Assembly (NCBI RefSeq): GCF_011386835.1
Contig: NC_088809.1
Span: 7,874,001 to 7,938,000 of the forward strand
Source of the DNA: Chrysemys picta bellii
Taxonomy: Eukaryota
Length of the DNA: 64,000 bases
Direction: 5' to 3'
Shown here: one piece after another, positions 37,683 to 50,959 of the stretch
Numbering within the stretch: the first letter of the stretch is position 1
Layout of the letters: every line of letters begins with the position of its first letter
The notes under the pieces: generated by a model
The model's database searches: none
What the model saw: the letters and a program-made list of their open reading frames with translations, nothing else
What the model was told of the DNA's origin: nothing
Made by a program: the position numbers and the translations under genes

Positions 37683-39684
37683 CAATGGTGGTGAAAGAAA
37701 GAAAAATGAATGATGGTGGATTATAATTATCTGACATGACATTTTTCCTCCTGAAGGATCCCAAAGCACTTTAAAAATTAGCATAGAAATGTAGGGTTGG
37801 AAGTCAACTTTAGAGGTCATCTACTTCATCACCACCCACTGAGGAAGCACCAAAATGACACATATGCACCCACCCACCACCTAAATGCAACCACCTCTGG
37901 AGAAAATCTGTACGATTCATCAAACACTGCCCAACAAACGAGTGCAGAATGAACATGAAAAGGCCTCTCTCTCTTTTTCTTTAGATGTTCAGCATCAGCT
38001 GGTTAAACATGTTGAACAGTTAGGAATCCTCCTGTGATGACTTTGGCTCCTGGTTTTTCCCCAGCAACTCTCCCATCCCTGATAATGGAAGAATGTTCTT
38101 TGGCAGGTAGACATTTGCCAGTCTGAGTGATTGTCCCAGCCACGAACCGGGTAAACATTACTCAACTAAAGCACTGTCACACGCATTCTTGTCCTGTATT
38201 CCTAACCTCATGCAAAGTGTGTTCCAGAAAATCTGACAAATTATTTGAACAATGGGAGGGGAGATAAAACCAAGAAGGGGGGAAGCTATATTTTAAAAAA
38301 ATAATCTATAAATGATAGACAGCTCCTGTTTTCTTTAGTAGGAAGCAAAAATACAATTTGGTTCCTTATGGAAAAGCCCCATCTAACTTGCTAGGGAGCA
38401 AACCAATAATGTTTTATAGAAATGTAATAGGGTTCTATAGATATTATAAAATACTACAGGTTTTTAGAGTAGAGAATGAGTGTCTTTCTAGAGGTTTAAG
38501 AAATACTATAATATTCTGGAGTAGGGATATTATTCTCTGTTAAATCCTAGACAGTTGTTTCAACCTTTATTAAATATAGTAGGGTTTTTACACAAGGACT
38601 GATTCTGTTACAAACACAAAAATCACAATATTTCCAACCCTGGGTCTCAATAATCACATGACTCCAGGTGCTGGGGCTTTAAGAAAAACACCAAATCTTA
38701 CAAGACCACGTAAAAATCCACCTGAAACTGGTGGGTATCCATGCCTCCACTGCCACTACCCAGAATGGCTACATTGATATAACTATTTATACTCCAGCTA
38801 GCTTGCTGAGAGCTAGCAGGAGTACGCGTATGTGATGAGGCCAATCATACCGCTAGCTTTTAGGTGGGCCCTGCACCATTGAAATAAAGTGTCAGGTGCA
38901 GCCAGGTTATCTAAGCCTGGGCCTAACTCACTTCTTCTCTTGGCTCTGACAAGGCTGTCTTACTGACCTTTGGGAAGCCTTGGATTTCCCCTTCCACGCA
39001 ATGGGAATAATTACTATCAGTTATGCAGCATCAATGTTAGGCAAATACTTTCACTTACTTAGGTGGATTAAATATGTAATGTCTGTAAAACACTGAAAAG
39101 TACTGGGATTATTATTATTAACAGTGTCCCCTAAATATCTTGATTGGCTTTTAGCACCCAAGAGCGCTCAGTAGTTTTAGAGCAGAACACAGCGTTCTTA
39201 GCTATGTTAGTAGAAGAAGCCTAGTAGAAGAGAGCCATATTTTATGCTTTGCCCAGGCAGCCTCCATGCTCATAAGGCGTCTCCCACACCCATTCACCCG
39301 CTCACTATTTTCTCATGTACTTATTGAAGGGTTTTCACAATGCCCCATGAGAAGTGAGTTTGTAACATAGTTAGTGCAAACAGGAAACAGAAATCCATGC
39401 TCATTCATCCCCACCCAGGGACTGCCCAGTACATCCACGCTAAAATGTTCTCTGAGTGGCTATGGATTTTGAGATTCCTTAAAGGGGCCGGATTTTCAGA
39501 GCGTGGGTGCTCAGCACTTCCGGAAAATCAAGGCCTTTAAGTGGCTCAGGTTGGGCACCCAAAAATGGAGACCTCCACAATCACTAATCCCCTTTCTGAA
39601 AAATCCTCCTTCTAGCCTGTAAACGGTTTGAACCAGGGACTGTCCTATGCTGAGCTCATTGCAGGTGTTCAAAGGACACGGGAT

Positions 39685-40010
39685 TCATTAGAATCCTAGA
39701 AACATAGGGCTGGAAGCGACCTCCTCATCTAATCTAGCCCTCATGCTCTGGTAGGATTAAGTATGCCTCCAGTGGTTCTCAAACTTTCGAACTGGTGACC
39801 CCTTTTACACAGCAAGCCTCTGAGTGCGACACTCCTTATAAATTAAAAACACTATTATAAACGATGGAGGTGAAGCGGGGTTTGGGGGTGGCAGCTGACA
39901 GCTCGCGACCCCCCATGTAATAATCTCGTGACCCCCTGAGGGGTCAAAACCCCCAGTTTGAGAACCTGTGGCCTAGACCATCCCTGGCATATATTTCTCT
40001 AACCTGTCCT
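39685..40010 (-). mobile_element. CR1 3' end interrupted by a hAT MITE
   Basis: cattagaatcctagaaacatagggctggaag...tctaatctagccc...aagtatgcct [insert] gcctagaccatccctg. Confidence 0.6.
39770..39970. mobile_element. hAT-Charlie-like MITE
   Basis: TIRs CAGTGGTTCTCAAAC and GTTTGAGAACCTGTG. Confidence 0.75.
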
Positions 40011-42122
40011 TGTGTTTGGTATGTGATCGTTTGGAAATTCTGTGATCTTTGCCATCCTGTGATCTTTGCCATCAGCTAGAAAAATCAAAAGCTATCTTGC
40101 AAACACAGCAGCTGTTTTCTGCCCCAAAACGGAACGCTTTCCTCTTGCAAAGGGTTGTGACAGAGAAGGCCCTCAGAGACCTTCCTAATATAGTCAGAGT
40201 TCATGGTTTATGGAAAGGTCGGACAGCTTTTGTAAAGCCGGATCAATTGTTCCCTCTCCCCCCTTGTAGTTCCACAGCTTGAAGTAGCTCCAGTGTAAAG
40301 AGATTTATTTCTCCCCCCCGTCTTCCCTCCCCACCACCCCACTGCAGCCTGCGATGATAGGAACCTGCATAAGAATCACTGTCCATGGGCTCGTGCTTTT
40401 AGTAGCGCTATCCCCATAATATAAAAGTCTGTTTATTGGACTTGGCTATTGTTTGGCCACCAACTTGTACAGCCTGTGAAATGTTTTATTGGCTTTTCCG
40501 TGTTTTCTAGGCCAACTAGCCCAGCATCAGCTCCAGCCCAACCACGAAAACTTCAGCTCCTGATGGCCTTTAACCACAGGCTTTTGTTAGACTAAGGCCT
40601 TAAGAGGCAGATTCCTTCAGCACTAGGTTTGACTCAGGGTAAGCAGCTAATTCAATGACCTATGAGGAGGAGCCCAGCAGAGGCAAGAAGCTTTCCACTG
40701 CTGAAGATTTAAGTAAAGGCAGCCATCAGGTGCAGGTTACGAGACATAGGTGGGGGCAAGGATTTGGGGGATGCTGGACTCCACACCCAGGGGCATAGGA
40801 CTGAGTTGAACCCTGAGGTGGGGAATTTTCCTGTCTCCGTTTTGCTTAGATAACTCATTTCACTCAGCGCTCACGTCACTCAGAAGCCTGGAGCTTCATG
40901 AGCCGTGGGGAGCTTGGGGGTGAAACCTGGGTTTGCAATGGAAGATGGTGAGTTTCACTTGGCTTTGAACAGTCCACAGAGCTCCAGCAGTGCATTTCAG
41001 GTCCCAAGAGGAGACATCACCTCTGAGCGACCAAGTCGGGCACTTATTCTTACTGATAAGGGGACGAGAACTATAATCACACAGATTACTGTCGGTGATG
41101 ATCAGAGGATTATTACTCTCTGGTTGATCCTGTAATAATCAGGATCCTTTCCTGTCCCAGGTGGAGAAGAAATAAAAATATCTGCCTCCAGCACAAGGGG
41201 CAGATCTCGCTTCCCTTCCCCCACCTCTTGCAGGCATCAGAGACCTTGTAGGCAGCAGAACTGGGGTGGTTCTGATGGGCAATGGGGAGTCTGTATCTTA
41301 TGTGCAATATGGAGCTGTGCTCTATGGACTTTCCTCCCATGCTGGCAATCAGAGGGGCGAGGGGTGGAGGGGCAGAGCTTCTGGATCAGTACCTGTGTGC
41401 ACTTGCCAGCCAAGCCAGTCCCCTCTATACAGGGAGGCCTGCAGCAGTCAGAACCCTACAACACCCTTAAGGCAGCAGTAAGGTCCCTCGCATACGGCTC
41501 ACTTGCTCAGGGCCAGGATTTAGCCCTACAAGCTGTAAAACTCTGCTCGAGTCTCAGAAGCAAGAAAGCCCCAGTCTGTCTCTCCTTTCTGGAGCCATAG
41601 CCTTGAAATAGCAGCAGGATAACAAACACAGAGGTCAATTCCTCAGGCATCACAGGAATCCCACTCTGTGGCCTGGTGCTGTCACCTCAACTCTCTTTAA
41701 AGAAAACCCAGGAGCAGAGAAGTGCAGCCCAGCTCTGCTCTCCCGGCCAGAGTCCTTTTGTTACATTTCACATACACCAGGCCTGAGGCAGCACTCCAGT
41801 GCGCCACTCGGAGTACATGCCACACAGTCGCCTTCTGCATAACCTCTCAGTACACAAGCCACAAGGCCCCAGCCCTCCCACTTACTGACCCCCTTTTCGC
41901 TAACAGAGCCACAAGCACTGCCACGTACATTAGATCCGCACCAAGATTCAGTCCCCACTGACGTCCATCCGCTTCCACGGGAGTTGGATCCCACATTAAG
42001 GTACTGATCTTGCAAGATACAGTGCAGCAACAGGGGGAGGGAGCCTGAATAAATAGCAGTGAGAGCTGGGCTTCTGGTCCGAAGAGCACAGAGAGTGAAT
42101 AGGTCCAGGCTTTATGAGAGTA

Positions 42123-42347
42123 CAGGTCTGTCGCATCTTATGCGCATTTAACATGCGCGATTTCAGCTTTACGCGGTCGGCAAAAACAAAAACCAAAACA
42201 AAAGGAGAAAAATAACAATTTTAATACTGTACCTGTAGTGCGGGCGATTTCGCCCGCCATTACACTCCACGTAATGTTGACTATATGTGATTTTCGCTTT
42301 ACGCGCTGACTGCGGAACGTAACCCCAGCATAAAATGCGACGGACCT
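42123..42347. mobile_element. Tigger-like Tc1/mariner MITE
   Basis: TA|CAGGTCTGTCGCATCTTATG ... CATAAAATGCGACGGACCTG|TA. Confidence 0.85.
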
Positions 42348-44158
42348 GTACCTCCTTAATAATCAGGCTGTGTTATTCAGATACTGGTTAATTGCTCTTC
42401 CTTGGTTTCACTACAGGAACCCTTATGTAATATAGAACCAGTTGATCAAAGCCCCCCCCCAGCTGCTGGATTAATTTTGATCATTATCATCTCACCTTAA
42501 AAGGTCTGTGATTGGTCTTCCTCCAATACCCCCCTACGACCCATCACAGTAGTTGCAATGTACCAGAATCCTTTTGCAGGTTAGTCTGTGAAGGGCTCCC
42601 TCAACCCCAGCACTCACTCCCTCTTGTGGTCCCATCTGACCCTGAGGTTTATGGCTTTTGGAACACAGGGCTAGATTTGTTTATTTGAGCCGGGTTTCTG
42701 CTGTGTGTGAGTATCTGGGAGGGGATTTATTGGTAGTGGTGCAGAATGAATTTCTGTGGGGCTTGTGACTGGTAATAGCCAGAGATTGTTTGGAAGATAT
42801 TTTAATATGCAGCCCACTGATGTGGGGCGAGAGAGAAATTACTGAATAGGGATCAGAAAAATGTGTCTCCCCCAAAATAGGATTTTGGAGTTGGCGGAAA
42901 GAGCACAAAAAGAGCAAATGCAACCCCTAATTGTTTTGGGGAGCAGGAATGCTGGTTCTCTTACAATTTAGGAACCAGATGGATATTATTTGGTTGAAAA
43001 TTTTGCATACTTCATTTCCTTTTAGTCTCCTGGGCTGGGGAATTAATGTATGGCCAGTTTCAGTTGTGGGTGAATTTTTTATGGACTGCTTATAACGCCC
43101 TGAAAACAAAGGCTGCCAATGCAAATGCTGACACCACTCAAAGGCTTCGCCGGCCTCAAAACAAAAACACCCCATGAACTACAGGCGGTGTCTGGACCCC
43201 AAACCTAACATCCTATTTTGGACAAACTACCGTAATATGATCTGCGTTGTTTCTGTGGTGGAGCTACCTTGATCGTCATGGACAAAACCGTTTGCAAACA
43301 TTTAAAATAGTGAAGCAGCCAGTGAAATGGGACCAGCTAAATGGAAAGGTTTGGTTTTGCTTTTCAAATGGTTATGTCTTAGCCAGCGGCCCTGCTTTCA
43401 GCTGCACTTCAGGCTAGAGGGCAAAAGTGGAAAAAGCCTTCCTCCCGTTCAGATTGCCAGCTCAAAAGTGAATTGAGTGAAACATTATTTGCTTTTTGGG
43501 CTGCCACTCTAATTGTCTTGAAAGTGTTAATTTCGCTAAGTTATAGGGTGCATAGTTTATATCCATTATAAACCTGTTTATGGGGACGAGACCCTCCCAT
43601 TCTGCTGGTGTCATAAAGTTCTAATTACCCCCAATAAAACCAGAAAGGCTTCTAACAGCGCACTGTACGGACCTAACAGGACAATGAACAGAACAGTAAA
43701 ATATTGCAATTGCTGGGCAATGCCAGTTGTATACCTCTGGCATTAGAATCTAGAATCGGAACCAATGGAAGTAACCCAAGGTTATAAAGAACAACTTGTA
43801 AGATTCATATATAAACTGAAGTGATCAGAACCAACTTTGTACTGATAGGCCTTTAGAGAACAAGTACGAACCGCTTTTTGCATCCAGATATTGTGATCAC
43901 CACTTGTACCAAAAGGATCTCAAGGGTATGCTACAAATATTTTTTTTATCGCAATGCAGCTCAGTTTGATGCCTTAGAGGATACAAGGCTAGCTTCTTAG
44001 CTGGCATAGCTGCACTGGATTTTAATGGCATATGTCTAGTTACACCACCTAATGATCTATCTGGCCTTGACAATACTCCCTGCTGTTTGGATACTGATGG
44101 TTTTCTCTACAGCTTGCTTAAACTGGCTGACTTGAACTGCAAATATACCTTCCTAGAT

Positions 44159-44288
44159 TAGGGTGACCAGATGTCCCGATTTTATAGGGACAGTTCCGAC
44201 TTTGGGGGGCTTTTTCTTGTATAAGCAATTATTACCCCCCCCCCCCATCCCCATCCCGATTTTTTACACTTGCTATCTGGTCACCCTA
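44159..44288. mobile_element. 130-bp hAT MITE
   Basis: TIRs TAGGGTGACCAGAT and ATCTGGTCACCCTA; 8-bp TSD TCCTAGAT/CCCTAGAT (7 of 8 match). Confidence 0.9.
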
Positions 44289-47200
44289 CCCTAGATGACT
44301 GGCTCACCAGTCACCAACCGTGCCCACATTAGTTATGTGGACGAGACTGAAGCAGGAAGAGCTGACAGTGAATAGGGGAGTTTGAAGGTTATTACTCACT
44401 CTTTACTGGTTACTCAGTCCTGACCCTGGATCCAGGAGAGGCGGTTTAAGAAAGATTGCAGTGTCATTCTTACAGAGCCCGAGCCTAAGCCAGTCAATGA
44501 AAAAGTCTCCCATGGATGTCAGGGAACTTTGGATCAGACCCACTGTTAACAGGAACTTGTCAGGATGTGTGTCCAACGCACACCACGACATTTTCAGGGC
44601 CTATCTCGTTACACTCTGCTTTAAACACTGGCTCTGTCTGAGCTGATGAATCTCACTCACTACAAGTGGGATAAGAGATCAACTGTAGAGTTAACGCAGA
44701 GCTGGATAATAGAGGCTCTGTTCTCCCCAAGAACCAATATTTGCTCCTGTTTCAGGTGGTATTTCAAGCTGTAGCATAGATGCTGGGGGGCTAATGTTTA
44801 TGAGTGTTCGCTCCATGACCCTACATTGGCTTCCATGCACTGCACCCACGCAGACTATTCTCTGTTCCTGACTGTATGAACCAGCTCTGCACAGGCCCCG
44901 GGCTGTATTTGGGACATACTGTGTGTGCCTATTCTGGCTGCTTCCAGGTGCCAGTCTGCATGGGACCCAGTGACACACAGTTACCTCATTTGTGAGTAGA
45001 CACGCCCACAAGACCATCTCTTGCCTTGCTTCTTTGTATGCAAACCCTAGAGTCTGACTAGGTTATCACGTGAAAATTGACAGCAGAATGCTTTGAGCTT
45101 TATGCTGGTTAATCTCGTCAATATCCTGATTGTTTTCGGGACTCTTGAAGATAAAAATGGTATAAACCCAGCGTCTATGGGAAGGCATTGAGTTAACAAG
45201 ATAAAACAGTCTGACCTTCAAATCAAACAGACAATGGAGAACACTGATAAATGCGCTATAGGAAGGGACAAGTTCAGGAATTAGAAAAATCCCCTTATGA
45301 TAGTATTTGTGCTATTTAAATAGGCTGTAAAATATCCATCTCTGAATAATTAAAAACTAGGGGTAAGGGTTAGATGGATGGATACCCCCAGAGGATTTCA
45401 GGTATGTATTTATTTTGATTTGGGGTTTTTTTGGTTTTTTTTAAAAGGGCCCTCTAGGCACTAACCATGGTACTCACACTCCCTTCATTGAAGAATACAA
45501 ATCATCTCTTTTTAACCAAGATGTTATACATAGGAACGATTTTGCCACTGCTCCATACATTCCAATCCCAGTATTTCCTGTCCATAGAAGTCATTTGGAG
45601 AGGGAGGCTGGAGGAGGGGGGCTAGGAAGTGGGGGCTGCTTCAGTCAGGCAGGCCATTAAGCTGTTAAGGCATTTAGTGCTCCAGACAGCCCCACACATG
45701 GTGCAAGGGCAGTTCAAATCCCAGCATGGACAACCATAGTTGAGGTCGGGGAGACAGTGGGTATGGGGAGCTGCCAGCCAATTGCATCTTGCTGCTTTCT
45801 TGCAGGCATTACTCTGCCCTGATTAAAAATGCTTGGGGAAGAAGTCCCTAACCAGCAATCCAAGGGCTCCTTACAACCCACTGGTAGGAGTTAGCAATGA
45901 GATCTCAACTGGAGCCCTGAATCGGAGCACCCTATACATTTCTGGAGGGGACAGGAGGGGAAAGGTACTGTTTGATTTGAGCCCCTGGATCTGAACCTGA
46001 CCCTGGGATTATGCAAACAATGTTGGATCAACAGTGGAAAGGGACCCCATGTCTGGATCCAATTCTGATGTGTTCCAAGACGGCAGACTCTCCTAAAATT
46101 AGGGAGTTGAGAGATTTCTGCCATTCAGGGCCAAAAAAACAACAACAACAAAATCACATGAAAGCAACTCACAAGGGGTTTATACTGTTGTATCCAAGCC
46201 TGATCTCTGACCTCAATTCAGCCTCAAACCCTAAGCCTAATCTAGATCCACACAGGTCTGCTTCTAGCACCAGCACATCTGGAAGTTGCTATGTCCTCCT
46301 TTAAAGCCCCCCACCCAATCAGTTACCAGCGCTAGTCAAGGGGCAGCCCCAGACGCATGGATCTGGATGCTTTGACAGACCCCCTTCCCACACCCCAAAG
46401 ATCCCTCTATAGAGGAAAATATTCTTCTTATTACCAAAAGCCCTTTCCCCACTCCAACCCCCTCCTCACTCTCCAAAACCAGTGTTAAAATCCTACTCCC
46501 TATGCCAGGCACTGCACCATCCCCAGACCCAGATCATATATTGCATCTCTCTGCTCTTCTAGGCTGCTCTGTTCTTGGGAGTAGGTATGAAAATATGGCA
46601 AGAATCCGGCTCTCTGAAGAAACCGGTTTGCCCTTTGCAGACAGCAGTGCCCTTCAGCACAGCCAGAAAGCTGCCAGCCACACATGCGCCCGAGATCCAA
46701 GGCCAGCCTTACTCATATCCTGTGCCAATTTCCTCCTCCTTTGAGGAATCCAATCAATATGAGCACCAGTCTCCAGCAAATTCAATCAGTTCCCACAGCC
46801 AACCCCTCCTGACCTTTCCAAAGGGGCCTTTCGCCAATTGAGTAACGAGATCAGGGAGGCAGCCATCACTCCTGGCCTGCTCAAAAGAAGCCTCAGAATA
46901 GGCTGTCACTGGGGCCTATATCCCGGGACAGCTCCTGCTGGCTGAGTCTAGGGCTAGGAAAATAAAGGCCTAGGCTTAACGGCCTTCCAGCCTCAAGATA
47001 AATGAACATGGTTACAGCAATTGCAGTCCCCCTAATAGAAGAAGACAAAGGATGTCATGGAGCGACCCAATACGCGGTGGAAGGATGAGGACACATCAAA
47101 GGCAACAAGACTTGTTCAAAGCCCCAGCTTAATTGTCAATTAAGCATGCATCAGGGGGACAATGCCATGACAACGCAGGGCTGCATGCTGGTGTATTATT

Positions 47201-47339
47201 GTAAAGCCAGGAGGAGAACACTGAAAACAGCTGATTTTGCTGACAATGTGCTTGTAGGGCACCTTGTAAGCAATCAGCCTATGACAGAAGGGCAAACTTC
47301 TTCCCTGCCACCCCTATTGTGTGGGACATTCCAGGGTTA

Positions 47340-47356
47340 GGGTCACATTCTGGTCA
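47340..47356 (+). promoter_or_regulatory. DR5 retinoic acid response element in HNF1B intron 4 (GGGTCA cattc TGGTCA)
   Basis: DR5 geometry. Intron 4 is where the mouse Hnf1b neural RARE enhancer is described. A half T-MARE TGCTGAC lies at 47238-47244. Confidence 0.7.
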
Positions 47357-49106
47357 TCATGTACTTGCTGTATGTGGAATGGATGCATTGCCACTGGATG
47401 AGTAGCAATCGTAAAGCTTTCCTTACTGATGGCAAATAGACTCCCCCCACATAAGCCTGCTTTTATACTCACATTACCATAGTACGTTCAGCACCCATTC
47501 AGAAGTGCCTTCCATTTATGTTCTAAAATATATCCCACTGGCCACTCTGTGCTAAACCAGCATAAATCCAAATGGACTCCCTTTAGCGTCAGTGGAGTCA
47601 CCCTGGATTTACACTGGTGTCAATAAGAGTAGGCCTTGGTCCCAGTATGGCTTGTGTGGTTGCAATGTCTTTGGGAAGATCTTAATGCCCTAATTTGTGT
47701 GTGCTACTATTTGATGCTTGTAATGCAGCCAGAGCTCCAGGTGGGGGTGCAATGGTAAATGCAAAGTGAGAAATATATACCGTAAAATAATTATTTACTT
47801 CTCACCGTAATGCAGGCAAGAAAAAGACATGTTTCCAAGGGGGGTCGTGGGACTAAATTCACTGATGTCTGAAAACCACCCTGAGATCTTGGATGGATGG
47901 CACAGAAAAAAGTATCCACCCGTTCATTACCCTAGGTGCCCACTCTGAATGAGGGCAGATCGTTAAGTGATACGTACCAAAGAGATGCATCAGGGAGCTG
48001 CTTTACTGAGCATTTAACAGAGAGGGGCCCAAACAGGCCCTGTGATTCTGAGCCTGTACAATAATAACGTTTCCTAGTCCAAACAGCTTCATAATGTCCC
48101 CCCTTAGTCCCTCTGTGATATTTGCCTTCTGCCTTCCCCCAGCCCTCTCTGACTTTTTGTTCCCTTGCTGACACCCTCAAGTCCAGCTGATCAATTGCAG
48201 CATCCCAGCAGAGATGCACAAATGTGGCATGAAAACCAATCGCTTGCTCGTGTTAATACTGACGCACAAAGTGATCACCTGCTGTCTGACTGACGCCACT
48301 GACCTGGTAACAACACGTTCATTTGTAGCATAGGTTAAAGTTCCACAGGTAACCCACTTCCATGTCCATGGACTCCTGGGAACACACCGCAGCGGCTTAG
48401 CACAGAAAGTGGACATTTCACATAGTTAACCAGCAGGAATTTGGAGCAATCAAATTTTTGAATTGCTCTGCTCCAGCTCTGGGCAAAAACCTACTGGTCC
48501 GGGCTCCCGCTCCAGGCTCCGCTCCAAAGCCCTGTTAACCAGCATCAATTCATACAAGCACAAGGCCTAGGGTCCCTGCAAACAGTGATGCAGAGAACAG
48601 GAATAGAAAACAAGGCTGTGTGTTCTGAAAAGAAAATAAAGAAAACCCATATAGTGGATGGAGCGAGCCCAGGAATCCAGCTTCTCTCTTTCCCCACCAA
48701 GCCCATGGAAGTCCCTCCAGGTGAGCAACCAGTCATCTGGAGGGATTGTGGCTGGGCTCAGGAGAAGCAGAAAATCCCACATGATGCTGCTCTGAGTAGG
48801 AAGGGTGAGAACATCCAAGACTGCCACCCTTATCACTACTACAAGCATGTGCCAAATCTTACCTTCCCCTGTCGCCAGGAGTTAATTAGCTTTGTCTGCA
48901 GGTCAACAATGGGGCTCCACTAGTTAGTGGCTTGAGGGGGGGGGAAATGTGCCCCATTTGTTCATTCCCTATCTAGAGAGACAGTTCTTATTCAAAAGTG
49001 AAGTTATCGGAGTTAGACTGTAAGAGCATTAAGGTCAGGGACCACGTCTCGCTATAGGGTAACACAAGTAATCTGGACAGACAGCATGATTCTTTTATCT
49101 TTGCCC

Positions 49107-49305
49107 CAGTGCTTAATTTGTAATGAAAGAGGTGCCGGGGTTCAGGGAATTCAATGCTGGGGCTCAAGCGATATTTTTACATTCATAACTGATGCGGCAA
49201 GCCCAGAGGTGCCGGGGCGATGGCTTGCCCAGCCCAGAGGTGCTAGGGCGATGGCCTGCCCAGCCAGAGGTGCCAGGGCTATGAACTGGCACAAATTAAG
49301 CACTT
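49107..49305. mobile_element. Complete hAT MITE with about 3 internal ~31-bp units
   Basis: TIRs CAGTGCTTAATTTGT and ACAAATTAAGCACTT; perfect 8-bp TSD CTTTGCCC at 49099-49106 and 49306-49313. Confidence 0.92.
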
Positions 49306-49462
49306 CTTTGCCCTCATCCTCCTCTTGTCTTACCCTTCGATTGGCAGCTCTCCCGGCAGGGACTGTCTTTATTAGTCTTTGTAAAGCAACAGGTCTAGCT
49401 AAGATGCTATACAATAAACAACACAGGCACCACTACAAATGTTTTTTTTCTCCTGCTGACAA

Positions 49463-49693
49463 TAGCTCGTCTTAATTAATTAGCCTCGTACAGTTGGTAT
49501 GGCTACTTCCACCGTTTCATGTTCTCTGTATGTATATACATCTTCTTACTATATGTTTCATTCTATGCATCCAATGAAGTGGGCTGTAGCCCACGAAAGC
49601 TTACGCTCAAATAAATTTGTTAGTCTCTAAGGTGCCACCAGGACTCCTGTTCTTTTTGTGGATACAGACTAACACGGCTGCTACTCTGAAACC
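49463..49693 (+). mobile_element. Penelope-like element terminal repeat
   Basis: cttaattaattagcctc...ttcatgttctctgtatg...cacgaaagcttacgctcaaataaatttgttagtctctaaggtgccac...cagactaacacggctgctactctgaaacc. Confidence 0.7.
49567..49606 (+). ncRNA. Degenerate minimal hammerhead ribozyme motif (Penelope-type)
   Basis: GCAT-CCAATGA-A-GTGGGC(TGTA)GCCCAC-GAAA-GCTT-ACGC. Stem II is perfect but the core carries U4C and G5A. Confidence 0.55.
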
Positions 49694-50959
49694 AGTAAAT
49701 AAGGAGGGATTTCCAAGACACTGACTGCTCCTATCCCCTGCCCCATGGATTTTAGGTAGGACGGATTGCTCTGATTGTCTCTTTATAGCAAAAGAGGAGG
49801 ATGCTGTATTGTTCAGTGAACCATCAGAAAGACCCAGCAGTGAGAGCGGCTGACCCCCACGCGACCCTACAGCTTGTCAGAAAGCTGCCCTCTTTTGTTT
49901 GCCTCTTGAGCTTACTGACTTTGTACTACAGGTACAAGGACAATGGGAATTGTTTTCCCAACAATGCCTCTTGCCCCACACCACTCACTCAAGTCAGGGA
50001 CTTCTCTGATTAGCCTCCACTCTCTTCTAGCCTTGTTCTTTTCCGATTCCCCTGCCCCACAATGATGCCGTCTCTGGTTTAAATCTATTTACAATTTTCT
50101 GTTGATTTGCTTTCGGTCCTTCCCCTTTGTTGCAAATCTCAGATGAATGACAGAACAAGAACATGGAAACGAATCCAACTGTGAAAGGGAAAAGAATGGA
50201 GCGAGACCTTTATCCCAAACAAATCACCTGGAAAGAGAGAAGTCCTGTCTCCTCAAGGAGTTTAACTGGGATGTGTGGGACAGAGGAATAGGGCACATGC
50301 AGGGATCTACACTGATCTTTCGTGGTGGAATCAGTTCTCAGTTCCTCAAGCCAGCCTGCTCAGACCAAAAGACCATAAAACACTGTTGTTTTTTTCTGGC
50401 TGGGGCGGGTAGAAGGAGGGCAATTCTGTGTGTTGCAAGGAAGTGGTCACACCCGACACCAGAGTGGAGGCCAAACCATCCCTTCCCATGCCAGGGGATC
50501 GTGCCAGCGCAGCAGAGGCTACCCTATAGGGAAGAGCTGAAGAGCTATGCAGCTGGTAACACCCTGCCCTCTCCAGTGAAACAAAGCACATTATAATCCA
50601 GGTGCAGCTTTCATAGGATGGGCTATTCTGAAGGGCAGTGGGGTGGGACTATGCCAACCAGCTACCATCACAGGCAGTCCCCTGCATTATTCTAGCACAG
50701 CACAGCACAGTGCTCTGCCCCACTGTCAAAGGGCCAAGCTGCGCCCGCAGGTTGGCAAGCCTGCCAAGAGAGCAGATCTGGGCTTAAAATCTCTTCCCAT
50801 GCGCCTCCCTCTGGGGTGCGGCTAGTTGACAGCACAGCAGCCACCTGCACAACACCGTTTGTACCCACAGTATCCACGTAACCATATTCTGCATTTCCTC
50901 CTATGTGCTCCCTGTGCCTTCCAGCCAGTTAAACGCACAAGGACACGTGCGAGAAGCGT

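Noticed and set aside
40040-40073. 17-bp tandem duplication
   Set aside because: Ordinary slippage duplication with no further structure.
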